From contig CM082592.2 in NCBI GenBank assembly GCA_040954595.2, forward strand, positions 10,564,731 to 10,628,730: a stretch of 64,000 nucleotides of DNA, given 5' to 3'. The stretch comes from Balanoglossus misakiensis. Lineage: Eukaryota > Animalia > Hemichordata. Positions 24,227-50,718 of this stretch are shown piece by piece. A model generated the notes under the pieces. The model was not told the DNA's origin, searched no databases, and was given only the letters and a program-made list of their open reading frames with translations. Within the stretch, counting starts at the first letter, position 1; every line of letters begins with the position of its first letter. The translations under genes and the position numbers were made by a program.

Positions 24227-27200
24227 ATGGAAGAATCAGGTCAAAGTTCACCCAACAAATTAGATGCTATTCCCAAAATCAGCATATTGGGAGCAACGCC
24301 AATTCAGTCACCGGAAAATAGTTCTGATGATGAAACCAGAAATGTGAAACAGCCAAATGAAGTGGAAGATGGAGAGGTGAAAGATGCAGTGCAGGGCAGT
24401 CCTGCAGAGAATGGAGCTGATGACAATTCGGAAGAACAGACAGTTGATATTGAGAATGATGGCGGGCTGGAAGTAGAAAATGGAGGAGAGACGAATGGAG
24501 GCGTGTCTTCAGAACAGGAGGATGCAGATATTGAAACTGGTGAGGTTTCTGAGAGTCAGGATACACACGAATCGGAAGCTGAAGAGCCACGGGACGAGTC
24601 CATGGATGATGATGTGGAGAAATCAGCGGAAGGTAGTGATGCCGCAGCAGGGGAAGGCGATGACAGGGGTGGGGACGGTAAAGCTCATGCGACAAGTGTG
24701 AGTTTTGACTCGGGGATTGCGAGTTTTGCAGCCACCAGTGGCTCGACAGGTGGCGGAGACGTAACCAGTGTGACGGTATCGGCTGATGATGCTGAGGCAG
24801 CTGGACCACCTGATGCGAAACGTGAAGAGGGGATGGAGGAGAAAGAGGAAGACTGTGCATCGGTTGAAACCCCAGACGTGGATCGGGGTCCGATGCAGGA
24901 CGCTGATGAAGATATAATCGACTTTACCATAGATACTGAGGAATATGGTGAAGGTGCCAGCGGCTTGCCACCTCAACTTGGCAACTTTATGTTCCTCTCT
25001 GGAATGCCTCAGTGGGGTGGTGGCATGATGCCAATGGGGTCGCTACTGGCCAACCTCATCGGGGCCAAGCTGGATGAGGAGGAAGAAGAAGGAGATGCAA
25101 TGGCGGGAGAGACTGGGAAAAGGAAGATGAAACGAGAGAGCTCAGAAGACGACACAAGCAGCTTGGAAGAACAACAAGACCGGTGGCAAGATCTGATGAG
25201 GTTGCTTGAAGAGCAACATCAGCAGCAACTCTTGATGCAGCAGCAGCAACATGACCAGCAGTTGAAGATGGTCGAAGCACAGGTGGAGTTTCTGGCAAGG
25301 AAGAAACAGCAAAGGAAAGCCAGGCGTCTTGCCAAAATGCAGGACGAGACCCTGGAAAAAGAGACGGAAGATGCCGGTGATGCGGAGGAGGAGAAAGTCC
25401 GCAGCAAAAAGGAAGAGAACAGTTTCGAAGTGAAGGAGGTGGAGGAAGAAACTAAGGAGACAGAAGAAATGGAAGATGTTGACACTGATGGCGCTACGGG
25501 TGATGCAGCAGAGAAACCTCAGGAAGAAGTTGTGAAAACAGTTGATGAGAAAGGTGACGGCAAAGAAATTCAGCCTGAAGAGGAAACTAAAGCCCCAGCA
25601 GAAGTTTCACCTGCAGTCAAGAAGGCAGCAGATGGTGAACCACAGAATACTTCTGGGGATAATTTCTTGGATGATTACAGCTACTGGAAAGAAGATCAGG
25701 ATGACTTTGTGGAACTACGAAACACTGCCAAAGATGATGAGGTAATACATATTTATGTGTGTGTATGTTGTTTGACAAAATTTCATAATTGTAGCAGTAC
25801 TAGTATATAATTAGAAATTTGTCAACCTCTTAGTTTGCTACATTGATATCTTATAAAAGTCTCTTTTTGCTTTCAATTCTAGACAACTGAAACCCCAACC
25901 AAAGAAGGCGGTCAGCAAGGTTCACCTCCAGGACTGTTACGATCATTCTCATCACCAACGATGTCTGATGCATTCTTAAATTCAAGGTAAATATTTATGC
26001 CTTTCTCTGTGTTTCTTCATTGACACATGTACATGCCAAACATGGGTTTGCTGACGTCACTGATAGTGGATAATTTTGATGTTTTCAATTTCGGCAGTGT
26101 GGGTTCACTGGCTTCTAGAAAGTTGTGGAATAATGAACTAGTCTCGTGTGTTTATTGTTTATAGTCAGAGACTGACACTACGGGAGAAGCATGCACGCCA
26201 CATGGCTGATCTGAGAGCATACTATGAAGCTGAAATCAATGAGTTGAAAGATCAACTGAGTTCTTCAACCTCCAACATCAAGACCAAGTCACCGTATAAA
26301 AGATTAGAAAGAAATAATGCAAAACTGAAAGAAAGATGTGAGAGACTGGAAATAGCTTTGAAATCAGCTAACAAGTAAGTCAGCTTTTGTATAGTGTCAA
26401 ATTTCTCCACAAAATGTCAATTTTCTTGTGAAGATCACCTCACTCTTAAAGGTTTTCTCGTATAACATAGTTTTGCTTCAATTTTTTCAGTCGTATAGAA
26501 GAGTTAGAAAACACTGTACTTCATCTACAAATACAAGTGGTAAGTAACTTCTCATTGTCACTTGAAATTCTCTCTAAATTGATCATGCCTATCTTATTCT
26601 ATGTAAAACTGTGTTTGTTATTTCTCTGATTTCGATGTTAATCTTTGCAGACTGATGGCGCCCAGAGATATGAAATCTCGTCAGGAACTGTCAAGGCTCT
26701 GGAACAGAGAATTGAAAACTTAAAACTGTACTGCAAGCAGAAAGAAGCACAGTTACAGAGGGCCGACAGAAGAAACAGAGATTTAGATAGTTCTTTACAA
26801 GATGCATACAGAGTAAGCAGAAAAATCATTTAAGTCATTTCTTAACTGATAATTAACAAAACTATCCAAAAATGACTGTTTTAATTTGAAACTAACATTG
26901 TCATCATTGCTTAAGAACAGTTAATTTCTGCCGTGGACAATTTCTCTCAATTCCTTCATTTGGTTCTCTCCGTTATACAGTTACAAGATGAACAGTACAC
27001 CAGAAGTGACAGTAAAAGCCAGGAAATGCTAGAAAAGGTTTGTATCAAGAGAACCTTCCATAATTCCAGTCTTGGTTTTCCAATAAACAACATATGATTA
27101 GATGGTTTGAACTTCATTTTCACATTTTATTTTCCAATTTCAGTTAATGATAGAATATGAAACATTGGGCAAAGAACATGATAACACAAAGGTATGTGAA

Positions 27201-29585
27201 ACAAGCGCTGATTAATTTATGGCTTTCTGTTGAAATGTGCTTATCTTCTTTGTGGAACAGTGGTGAGATACGTTTAGGGTTGTTGAAAGTAATGAACAGT
27301 TAGAAACGGGTCTGTACAGTAAGTTGACAGGTTGTGGTACTTACTGAGAGTTTGAATGGTTGATTACAGGTTCAACTGAGTAAGACAGAAACAGATTTGT
27401 ATGATACAAAGTCTGAGGCAGCTACTCTGAAAAGGTCAGTTTCTTATTTTATACATTCTGTACATATCTAGTGAGTCAAAGAATCATGTATTATTTATTC
27501 CATTTAGCTTAATTTGCTCCATCACCTTTATTATAAGAGAATGTAAATCTGAATTCATTACAGGAGTGTCAGTAAACTTGAACTTGAAATCAAGAGACTT
27601 GACCGTGAGAATACCATTATGAGAGAGGGTGGTTATTCACCAACAATAAGGTCTGTACATGTAGCTATTGCTTTTTCATTTACTCAAATGCTGGCATGTG
27701 TTTCCTCTGTTGTTTTTCAGTCAAATAAACAATTTGATTTTCCATATACCGGTAGTGTAATGTTCACTTGAATGACATCTGACCTCTATTCATTGCCTGT
27801 CTTGTCATTCCTCCAATTATTAGTTTGTCAAGACTCAGAGAGAAACTGTCGGAGTCTAAGTCTTCTGCTGAATCAACATCCACATACAAGAAGTGGTTGC
27901 AGTCCAGCGTTGATTATAATATGTTCACAGGAGAAGATAAAACTGACACCAAGACAGATTTGAGTACCAGTTATCTAAGCAGCAGGTTAGTTGCATGGTA
28001 AAATGAAAGAAAAACATCAAAATACTGAGAAAAACTAGGTTTATGTGTTCTTGGAAAATACTGGAATTTTAAATTACTAGTGGAATGTGCTTGCAAGTCT
28101 CTGGAAACTAAAGTCATTTCATAATTTTTTTCCAGTCGACTTAGTAGTACAGGAGGGCTTAGTAGTCGTGATGTCTCTGGTTACCATGACAGTTTCCTGG
28201 GCGTTTCTAGTAGCAACGACCTCGCCAGACCCATATCCCCAATGATACGAGCAGCTGTGCAGTTGGACCAGTGGAAAGAAGCAGAAAAGAAAAGACAGAC
28301 TTCTCCAAGGCAGCAGACATCGCTGTCCCCGTCTAAAGTTGACGTGGCAAGCACTTACGCTAGACTGCCAGACACCACATCTCCAAGGTCGAGCAGTTTC
28401 ACCAGATCGCCGAGGTCAAGCAGATCTGTGCCATCACCTGGCAGGGCACGCACCAATGCAACCAACGATGTATCGCCAAGATTCCAGGGACTCCTCCAAT
28501 CAGGCGACAGCAACACCACAAGGTTTGATGTGAGTGCACACAGCATGGAAAGACCTGTCAGAGACGACAGTCCCAGGAAGGTGGACAGAAGTCCGGCCCG
28601 AGACTGGCTGCTTGATTCGCCTAACACCACAGCCAGGTCAACTCTGAGTGCTTCAAGTCCAAGAACAACACCTACGTCCAGTAAAAGAAAGTCGCCCCAT
28701 AGTAGAACAAGTGCCAGTCCTGCTTCCACCAGACTAGATTTCAGCACATCACCAAGGACAGGTCAGTATTTAAAAAAAAAGTCAGACATTTACTGTGGGT
28801 TTAGTATGCCTCATATGACATGATTACTGATCAGCTGTATTTGATGAAGGTATGACAGCTCTGATGTTTTGTGCTTTTTATTCAGATGTAAGCACACCAG
28901 TTGACTCTGTTCTGGACAAAGTCAAATCGGGAGTGTACACTGCCAGTCCAAGATACGAGAAGACTTCCAAGAGATCCAAGCAGAGTCCAGACCAAAGCAA
29001 GGTAAAGGAAATGTTCTAAATTTCATATACTTGCATTTTGTAGTTGACTGGTCTACTAAATCTGTAACCATGTGTGTCTTTGCTTTGCTTGTCATTCCAA
29101 GTTGTAAGTTCTGTCTGAAAGTAGTACCTTTTTGTTGTCCTCAGAGTGCAAGTAATTCTGAGTCTGAAATCATGGCCAGAATTCGCAAGATAAGGGAAAC
29201 TGAGAAGAGACTGGATGAATTGATTGAAGAGAAAAAACAGCTGGAATCCTCACTGAGTCGTATTCCAAACTCTGGACCAAGAGCCACTCCACAAGCAAAA
29301 CGAGATCAGGTACTGTAAGAATGAAAAGATATAGACATCCATTAACCACTTGTAAACCATTCACATGTAATATTTTATGCCAGTATTTGAGCTGAGACGT
29401 TTCAGAAACCCTTCAATGGTCCCTGTTTGAACACCATGTAAATTATCAATACATGTAATAATCAAAAGTGTGTCTGTTATGTGATTTTTCAGGAGAAGAT
29501 TGAACAACGCTTGGATGAGATTTCCAGTGAATTGGGGACAATACGCATGATTCTTAGAAGACACCATGTCATAAAGACTTCATAG
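24227..29585 (+). CDS. MPHOSPH9: M-phase phosphoprotein 9-like (multi-exon; 1.5-kb acidic first coding exon 24227-25741)
   Basis: LREKHARHMADLRAYYEAEINELK and C-terminal LDELIEEKKQLESSLSRIP...LGTIRMILRRHHVIKTS* match recalled human MPHOSPH9 segments. Head-to-head with MTRFR, as in vertebrates. Confidence 0.87.
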
Positions 29586-29671
29586 CTGTACTCGCTACAG
29601 TACAGTTAGAAAGTCAAGATTTGACCATGCAGGAACATACTTAGAAAACCTTGTTGTACTTTATACCTGCC

Positions 29672-29765
29672 TTAACCCTTTTGCCACCACAGTTTTGGTA
29701 TTGCCCCACTGTTTCCTATAACACGGTTGAAACCACATATACCAAAACAGGGGTGGAAGGGTTAA
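29672..29765. mobile_element. 94-bp piggyBac-like MITE (best-preserved copy) in the MPHOSPH9 3'UTR
   Basis: TTAA-CCCTTTTGCCACC ... GGGGTGGAAGGG-TTAA: TTAA on both sides and CCCT/AGGG termini. Confidence 0.7.
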
Positions 29766-31484
29766 GGTAATCAACATATCCAACTTGATCTGTATTTCAC
29801 TTCACGTGTGCATTTTTGTAACAACCTGCCACTCTTTTCAGGTTATTTTTTTCACTTCTTTTTCCTCAAATTATTTTCAATAATATTTGTTTAAAAGTGC
29901 CACTGCATACCAGTCAAAAGACTAAGAGAGACTTTGATCTGTACATTTGAGATATTACAAAACTCATTTTCAGTTAAGACAAAAACTGAAGAAAAGTCTG
30001 CATCTTGAAGTTCAAGAGACTTTGAACAAATGTCTATGTACGTTAACTTTTTATTTGTACAAGTTAGATTTTTAGTTATATAGTTTATTTTTGTTCTAAG
30101 TGGAATATGATGTACATATTTTTATGAAGAAAAAGTACTATAGCTCTATGTGCCATACTTGGGCATTGCACTGTTGCAATACATTTTATCAGCAAAAGTA
30201 GCAGATGTGTTATTCTGACTGAGAGATTTCACTCATTTTTAAACATTGAGGTACAGATAGTACATCTCTTGCAATGTGGCAGCTAAAGTAGTCACTTTTT
30301 AGTCATACATTTTATATTTTACAATGTGAAGCAAAGTGCACATTTTCTTTAAACAAGTTTTATATATTCTATATGTTTTCATGTGATGTATGAAAAGTGT
30401 GTACCTAGAACTGTTTTTATATTGTTCTTCGTTTTTGTCTTGCTGTGCCTGTTTCTTACACTCACTGTGTACTTGATATTTAAATTACAGAGTCACTTTT
30501 CTATTGGTTTGCAGTACAGTAGTATTCTTCACCATAGTTGTTTTTCAAATTCTGTGTAAAATGAATATATGTGATCTTCTGAAAGTGAAAATATAATAAG
30601 TTTGAAAAATTCAGATGTCTGAGTGTTTTCACTGGAAATATCATTGGTGATATCTGAGATTCCTAATCATGTTGACAGCTGTCAACACTAACGACATGAG
30701 TATTGTAAAGCACTGGTTGAAGTTTTTGGCTATCTAGGTACGACCAAACAAATGTTGTTTGTTGAAAAATCCTATTAACCAAAAAAATAAAGCTACCAAC
30801 AAAAGTATTTGTGATGTTTTAGTGAGCAATCTGGCTCCTCTTTCCTGGTAAATTGAATTTTGAATCATTTTTTTACTTGAAAATTGAAAGGTTATATAAA
30901 TCATAGCAATGTTTGTTTCTGCAACATTTTTTATCTTCATCGTCATCACATAATTTGATTACTTCTTATAAAGTATAGTGAAAGTACGTTGAATTTCTTC
31001 GAAATCGGGTATGAGATACAGCGCCCTCAATGTCTATCTACGCGGTTGTATGGGGTCGTATGTGTCATGTGGCCCCTGTTACTTCACCTCTAGAAATCCG
31101 TCAAACTGCTCATGTGGCAAACCGTATCACACAGACGCCTGTTACGAGATATAGTCCACAAATTTTATCGAATAGCCACAATACGTTAAATTACACCATC
31201 AACGTAGTTTTTTATTGCAGTATATGTGTTTTTGGGTACTGATAACGCTAAGTCGACCCACATTTTTGAAATTATCTGCCGAGTGACGCAAAATACTATT
31301 TTGCGCATTGATATATCGTTTTTCAATAGGTGATTACGCTCTTCCTCTCGTACCGGTGTCCGCCATTACTGCTATATTGTGACAGTACATATAGCGTATT
31401 TTGTGGCGGTACACGACAGAAAATAATAACCAAATCACTTAATGTTCGTTTGATTGTAAAGACCGGGGACACAGGGACAACAAG

Positions 31485-44102
<12,618 letters not shown>

Positions 44103-47063
44103 TCACCAAACTCGATACATTTAGAGGAAAAAATTATATTCTAGATACAGCCATCAAGAAAAATGATTACGACTGTGGTCAGTGTGTGAAGTGAAAAAAA
44201 AATACTTAAAATTTAATCTGGAAAATTCTGACTGTATAGCATTTAGAGTAGGTTTCATGTTTCTGACTGGTCTTATTTTCATTCTAGTCTGTATATCGCT
44301 TTGAAATAATGTGCAAATAATGTGTATGTAAAGATACCCCCCTCCAGAAACAAAGATGTTGGATGAACTGTACTGTGATGCTGTTTGTGGTAGAAGGGAG
44401 ATTTTACTTTTGAACTTCAGTGAAGTAGTGAAACAATTTGCTGATCTCAAAAAAGAATGTTATGGATATAGGTAGAAACGTGGTTTTTTTCTTTTCTGAT
44501 TGCAAAGTTTGGCGAACTTATAGAAACACTATTCTTGTAACTGGTCTATGATGTATAAAGAGCTGTATGTGATTTACTGTTTGGTGTGAGGCATTTCTGA
44601 AGACAAAATATACTACTATACAATTTTTTTACACACATCTTGTGTTAACAGGCTCTTGTAGTTCCTGTCTATTCCTTGTATACCTATAAAGGAATTGTAT
44701 AACTCATAAGTGAAAAATATTGATAATGTAATTACAGACTATTTTAGTTATCTTCACACATCTGTGCTTACAGATCAGACCAGAAAAAAGTTACAAAAAT
44801 ATAAAGATCGAAAAAATGAAAAAAAAATAGAATAAATGTATGTTAATTGTACGCATGATAAAGTAAATATATTAAAGTGTATTTCACTTTCCTAACTGGG
44901 GAAAATACATTAAATTTTTAGTACCTATGTATGTTTTGTTTACCTATTTGTTATTGTGGTAGCAGTGTTTTGTTAGGAAAGCTATCATTCCTAAGAAATG
45001 GTGTGTGACCTTAGCTGGCTTGTCAATACCTGTAGAAATATGTGCTATAATTAATTGAGGAAAAGCTTAAAAACTGTTATGTTTTCATATGCTGTGGTTC
45101 TGGAATTGAATTGCATCTAGGGTTGATGGTGAATATGTAATTCTTATATAAAACTGTAGAAAATATTCCATGTCATCAGACCGTAATAAAGACTGAAAAA
45201 AATGTGACTTGCGTATCTGTGTGTGTGTTCATTTTCTTTACTTACTGTTTCTTTTGTTTTTATCCATTTTCTGAAATGTTGAAACCACCTTCATAGGGAC
45301 AACTAAAAAACAAAACACAAAATATTTGCAGTTGGTGGAACCGGGACAACAAACCAGCCAATTTTTAAAACAGTAAAAACTTTATTATCTCTATTCAATA
45401 TTTGCAAAAAAGTGCATTGTAATCCTAGCAAACTTTACATGTATGTTACATAGCCACATCTGAATGTCTTACTAGAAACAACTAAATGATATCCAATCAA
45501 ATGTCAACAAAGAGTCGACTCGTATTCGTCCCGAAGTATATTAATAATTAATTATTAAGATTTTCGTGAATTGGACTAATAAAACTAGCTCCATGCGTCG
45601 AGTAAATCCGTAACTTTTCAATCAGGGACATGAACTTTGTGCTGTGAACTACGAGATAGAGCTTTGAAAAATAATTTACATATTAAACAATAGGAATATA
45701 CAAAACTGTTTAGTGAGCACCTGGAGTTTGTCGTTCGCGTACGTACATTGCACGAGGGAGCAAAAGATGTTATGGAATTACGTTTTCTTCGTGTGGTCAT
45801 CCTTCTTTCCTCACGATATTGGAATTTATTTGGATACTGAAGATAATTTGGAAACAAGCGACGCCACTTTGATTGGAATACCTGGAATACGACAGAAATT
45901 GACACCGTACGTTCGTCAGGCTATTGTGTGTGAGCCACGCGACAGTTTCAATGGATATCATCAGTACCCGTTCGGATAGAATTCAAGACGAAGTTATACT
46001 TTGTTGGTAAGTTTGTTCTAACTTTCAGATATCTCCTGCGGGCGTTATTTTTCACAGCCGAAAACAGACGATACGATAGTGCATCCCCTACATTTGAGTC
46101 AGGTTTCGCTCAATGTCGCGCACGTGTAATATTGCAGCAGACGACATTTTTTTTATTCAACTCTAATGGAGTGGTTGTCACGAGAATGAATAATGTAACT
46201 ATACCGCAAATGCAGTGATTTTAATGTTGATATTTCATTTATACGCGTACTCAGGTAAGTCACGGCATGTGGTGGGCAAGTACTATTTCATTCTTCCGAA
46301 ACGTGCAGTGTAGGCCTATATGCAAATCACGACGCGTTCATGAATATAACACTAATATATTCACGTCTCGACCAATCAGATCACTCTGCGCCTTCAATTT
46401 ACTGGTACATGTATCACTATAGTCAGTCTGAGCATATTCAATTCAAATATTTTACAAAGCTATTAAATAATACAAAAACAGCAAATTTCAGTCATTACCA
46501 TAGAGGTCAACGGTCAAAACATAATTGACGAGTGTCCCTGACATAGATGGACTGAGACACTCTTCAAGATAGTTGAAAATTCATCACTTTGAACTTACAT
46601 AAATAAGGGGGGAAATGTCGAATGTAGAGAAAACCACGAAAGTAAAAAAATGCACTGGCTTCCAAAACAATTATTTCCTACATTTGAAGCAGTTGCTTAT
46701 GAACAAATAAAACGTTTATATTACACTGAGAAATTCTTAGATAGCCTCAGACAGTTTGCCTGTCAGACGTTCTCAACACACAAAAATCTGACAAAGAGAA
46801 AACTGTAACTGTTCAGATACCGTGATAGCTTGATTGATTCTCTACACAGCAAGCTTACTTTTTTCCGCGTCTGCGCATACACCCTTAGTGGAGATATATT
46901 TAGCTCAGACTCAGGTATGTTATAAACTGCCACAGATAAGCTAAAAATATAAATACTTTAAAGTATCAGAAAAAAGTACATATTACATATCCAGCGGACT
47001 GAAATCACTGATATTCTCGTCAGTGTTTTTTTTAATATATGAAGCTGAACAATGGCTTTTACA

Positions 47064-50000
47064 TCAAACGAAGATGAAATCATTTCCGGTTTCACACGTG
47101 CATTTTTTGGTCATCGAGACTTGTTTCCAACTTCCACGGCAACCGCGTGTTCCAAGGGCTGACCACATAGACTTCTTTCCTTTTTTCCCTTCTCCCAGAC
47201 AGTGTTCCATCTCATCCATCATTGCTGTGTGTTGACATTCTATGCAGATCCGCATCCCTAAACAAGAGAGAGAGAGAGAGAAACTTGAATACAATAGGCC
47301 AATTTTGACTCTTTCAGTCTCCACTTTCGTACGCACATGGCGTGGTTGTTTGTCAGATGGATGAAATTGCTTGCTGTATAAAGAGGAACTTATACACTTG
47401 CGACGTTGTCATAGTTACTCACCCTTTTCAAGAGTTTGCGTCCATGGTACGCTCCGTTTACTGACACACTTCCTGTGCACGTGGGTAAGACGTACCATTA
47501 TACAGTGGCTGAGTAAAAAAATGTAAAACATGATCAGTGTTGAGTCCAGAACATATCTCAGCTTCAGGCCTGTCTCAGATTATTGTAAGTTGCTGTGGAA
47601 TTCTGGTACTGGTCACAAAGTGATACCTTGGCAGCAAAATTAGTTCTGAATAATGAAACTCACCTAGGATGAATTGTTTTCGGGCGGTAAGGTCCAATTT
47701 TGTTTCCGATTTCACGTGCTTTTGCATACTCCATAGGCAATATCATGGCAACCCCTATCACGATAGAAAAGTCGGAATCAATCGTTAACGTTTCGACTTG
47801 GAATGGTGACATCACTGATCAGTGCGCCATCCTACGGCCAATCGTGAAAAATTCGAAAAAGGGGAGCCTGGAATTTTGCATCTACAGATTTACAATTATA
47901 TTTGCATTATCATAGACAGTTCATGGTAATTTTAATGTCCTCAATGGACCGGGTATTCATCGTTGTAGCACCCATAATATGGTGGGAGCAATAATATCAG
48001 CTTGATTAACGCAATTCACTGACCGTCTGTCATGAGTTGGTTGGGCTCGCAATAACTTCCATAGCAACCTCTCTTCTGTACAAGAGTCGGACATTTTGCA
48101 CCTCCGTTCTCTGGGTATCGGATTATATTTCTCCGTCGTTCACTGTACCCCACACCGCAATAGACACTGCATCCGCTCCAGTGAGACCACTCACTAACTA
48201 CACAATCAGATGCTGGGGGAAAAACAGAGAAATTAAATGGGTGTAATTCGTCAGAGTCCAAGTGAGCTCGTAGACTTAAAACGCAATTTAGGCCTGGGCC
48301 CTAACAACCACTGAACAATTTTGACAGTTTCATCACGATTTATTGGGTCACGATGTACTTTTATGAACCAGTATGTCAATTGATGTCAAAGTCATGGGCA
48401 CACAAATACTATGTCACTCAGAAACACCATCAAGGTCAGGGTCAGATGGTGCCGAATCACGGTGTCCCACATTTAGGGAGGAGATTTGGGTCAGTTGGTC
48501 ATGTAGAATCCGGCCATGTGTTCCGCTTAGTATGTGATTGTTGTGTTTGTCATGATTCTGCCGGGTATAATAGGCAACGTGCCCGTCATCTTGGGCATAG
48601 TTTCGTGGAGGCGGCCATATTGGACTGGGGCACCTGTTTAATATTCATCTTGTTCAAACTTGTACATTTGCGGCATTCAGTGGTTCATAATTCTTGTGTG
48701 CACATCCCTTAATAAGGTATCAGAGGTGGTTTTATGATAAGCTTTATTTAAAGCAAGCAAGTTGACTTGCGCAGTCTTTTAACCTTTGACCTGTGCGTGT
48801 GCCTTACGAACGCATTGTGCCATGTGGAAATATTTGCACGTCCGCCAATAATCGATGTGCTTGATGAAGTGACTTGCAGTGACAAACCGACAGATGATCA
48901 AAGTTTATCGACACAGTCCGTATGTGTACGATCAGCATTGCTGTAAACATGCTATGTAGTATTGATACGCAGAGCAGAAGGCAGTTTAACCTGGGTAGAA
49001 CAAGATGTGTAGTTTTATCACTCTCTGGACGCCGTAATTGATTCAAATAGTTCTTGCCCTGATTGTCAAAAAGTGACCACGGTCAATAATAGAACGCAGC
49101 GAGTTCTCTGGGAGACCAGTCACAGTGCGGTCATTCACTACATACAATAAATGGTGTGTGTTGATGGTCGATTTGTGCAAATAAAGACTATTTCTCGTTT
49201 GGATGTCGCATTCCTGACAGTGGCGGATGTCAAGTGCGCCTCTATCTGTCGTCAAGGATACAGTGTATACAGGGACGCGTTTGACATCTGCCGCAGTGCC
49301 ATGACATGAACCCAAGGTCTCGTCTTGAGGACTTGACGAGAAATTCTCATCAAATAAAAAACACAAAGTTGAAAGTGTCGACTGACTGCCAGAATTGTGT
49401 CACCCTTTGTTATACAGTGCACGTCCGAACAGACAGTATTATCAGTTTGTGCGCTTTTGAATTTTGGGGTCAAGCCCTGTGCGAATTACTAGTACCTCCA
49501 AACGATATAGGGAGATAGATAGCTAGTACGTGCTCGAGTGGAAAAGCGTCGTCTTATCGCCTACGCTAAGTCTACATGCGAATTGGCTATTAACCAGTCC
49601 TACTAACAGTGAGAACTTTACTCTTATTGGGGGCTCAAGTCCATTTACAAATGACACCAAAAACTATAAGGTGTGTTGTAATTAATTGACTAGGTATACC
49701 AGTGGGAAAGCACCTGTTAGACGCGATTCGAAGGATGAACCCTCGTTAACATCAGAATGGGCGAGTCCCTTGGAATTTACAATAGGTTAGATTATAGTAT
49801 TCACTCACTAAAACGGAAGGGTTGTTTTAATTTCGAACAATAAAATTAAGTCTATTTTGTTCATGTCTAATGTAGCGGTATAAGGGTCTTGATCGATTTA
49901 ATGTTTTAGGGAGACGCTAATTAAATTTATACAAGTAAGCTTATTACTGACTTAGATGCTCAGGTGCAAACAAAAGAAAAGTTCGACGCCAAAAAACTTG

Positions 50001-50718
50001 AGATGCAAAGCCCTGGCGAGAAACCGGCAATTAAAGTACAACGCGGTAATTTGCACGTCCAAGCCCACTTTGTTTTTGAATTAATCAATATCGATCGGTG
50101 AAAGAATCATTTGGGAGACAAACTGGGGTGATAAAAGAAATTACTCGGCGCAAGGGGGCGGAAAGAACTTGTTTAGTCAATAGCGTAATCTACCTTTCAG
50201 GTTATCGACCAGACGGAAAATAACAATTTGGACGAAGAGAAGCGGAAAACAAAATCCAACCCATTTGGATTAAAATAAGATAAAAGGGGGTCAATCGACC
50301 GGTTGAATTAAAGTGTATGAGCCTTCTAACGCGCAATTACGACATAACAAAACTTTTCGCGCAAAAATTGGCGTATTCCTGCGTTTCTTTAAAGTTCCCG
50401 GCCTTGTCAGTAACATCCTGGAGACAGTCGAGACTAGATGTGATGTCGAAAGGAAATTTAACAGAGTTCTCTCTTACCTTCGCAAACACTTGTGTAGTCG
50501 TAACAGCAGTCCATAGATCCACCGCATGACTCGTCGCAAAAACACTTTCCGTATCGGCGATCAATCCTCCGTCCATAACTCTCGCAAGACATATCCCGTC
50601 TCTTACAACACATAGGCTTTCCATCTTTCTGACAGCTCCCTATAACTCCTAAAATCCCAGCGCAGGAAAGGAAAATTATTGCCGTTGTAAACATTTTCAC
50701 CGTCGGTGTGACAATCAT
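47064..50718 (-). CDS. SBSPON: somatomedin-B and thrombospondin type-1 domain protein (RPE-spondin); exons approximately 50718-50478, 48212-48024, 47754-47664, 47508-47423, 47256-47064
   Basis: Signal peptide, SMB domain (CFCDESC..SMDCCYDY..VC), TSP1 domain (CVVSEWSHWSGCS..CG.G...R.R.....P.NGGAKCP.L.QKRGC), and C-terminal CIECQ...W.ALG...C.GSW...C.C...FIFV*. Confidence 0.9.

Noticed and set aside
45618-45979. Short ORFs between CLTC and SBSPON, plus the palindrome TTAATAATTAATTATTAA at 45541
   Set aside because: No domain or splice context, and short AT-only palindromes are expected in AT-rich DNA.
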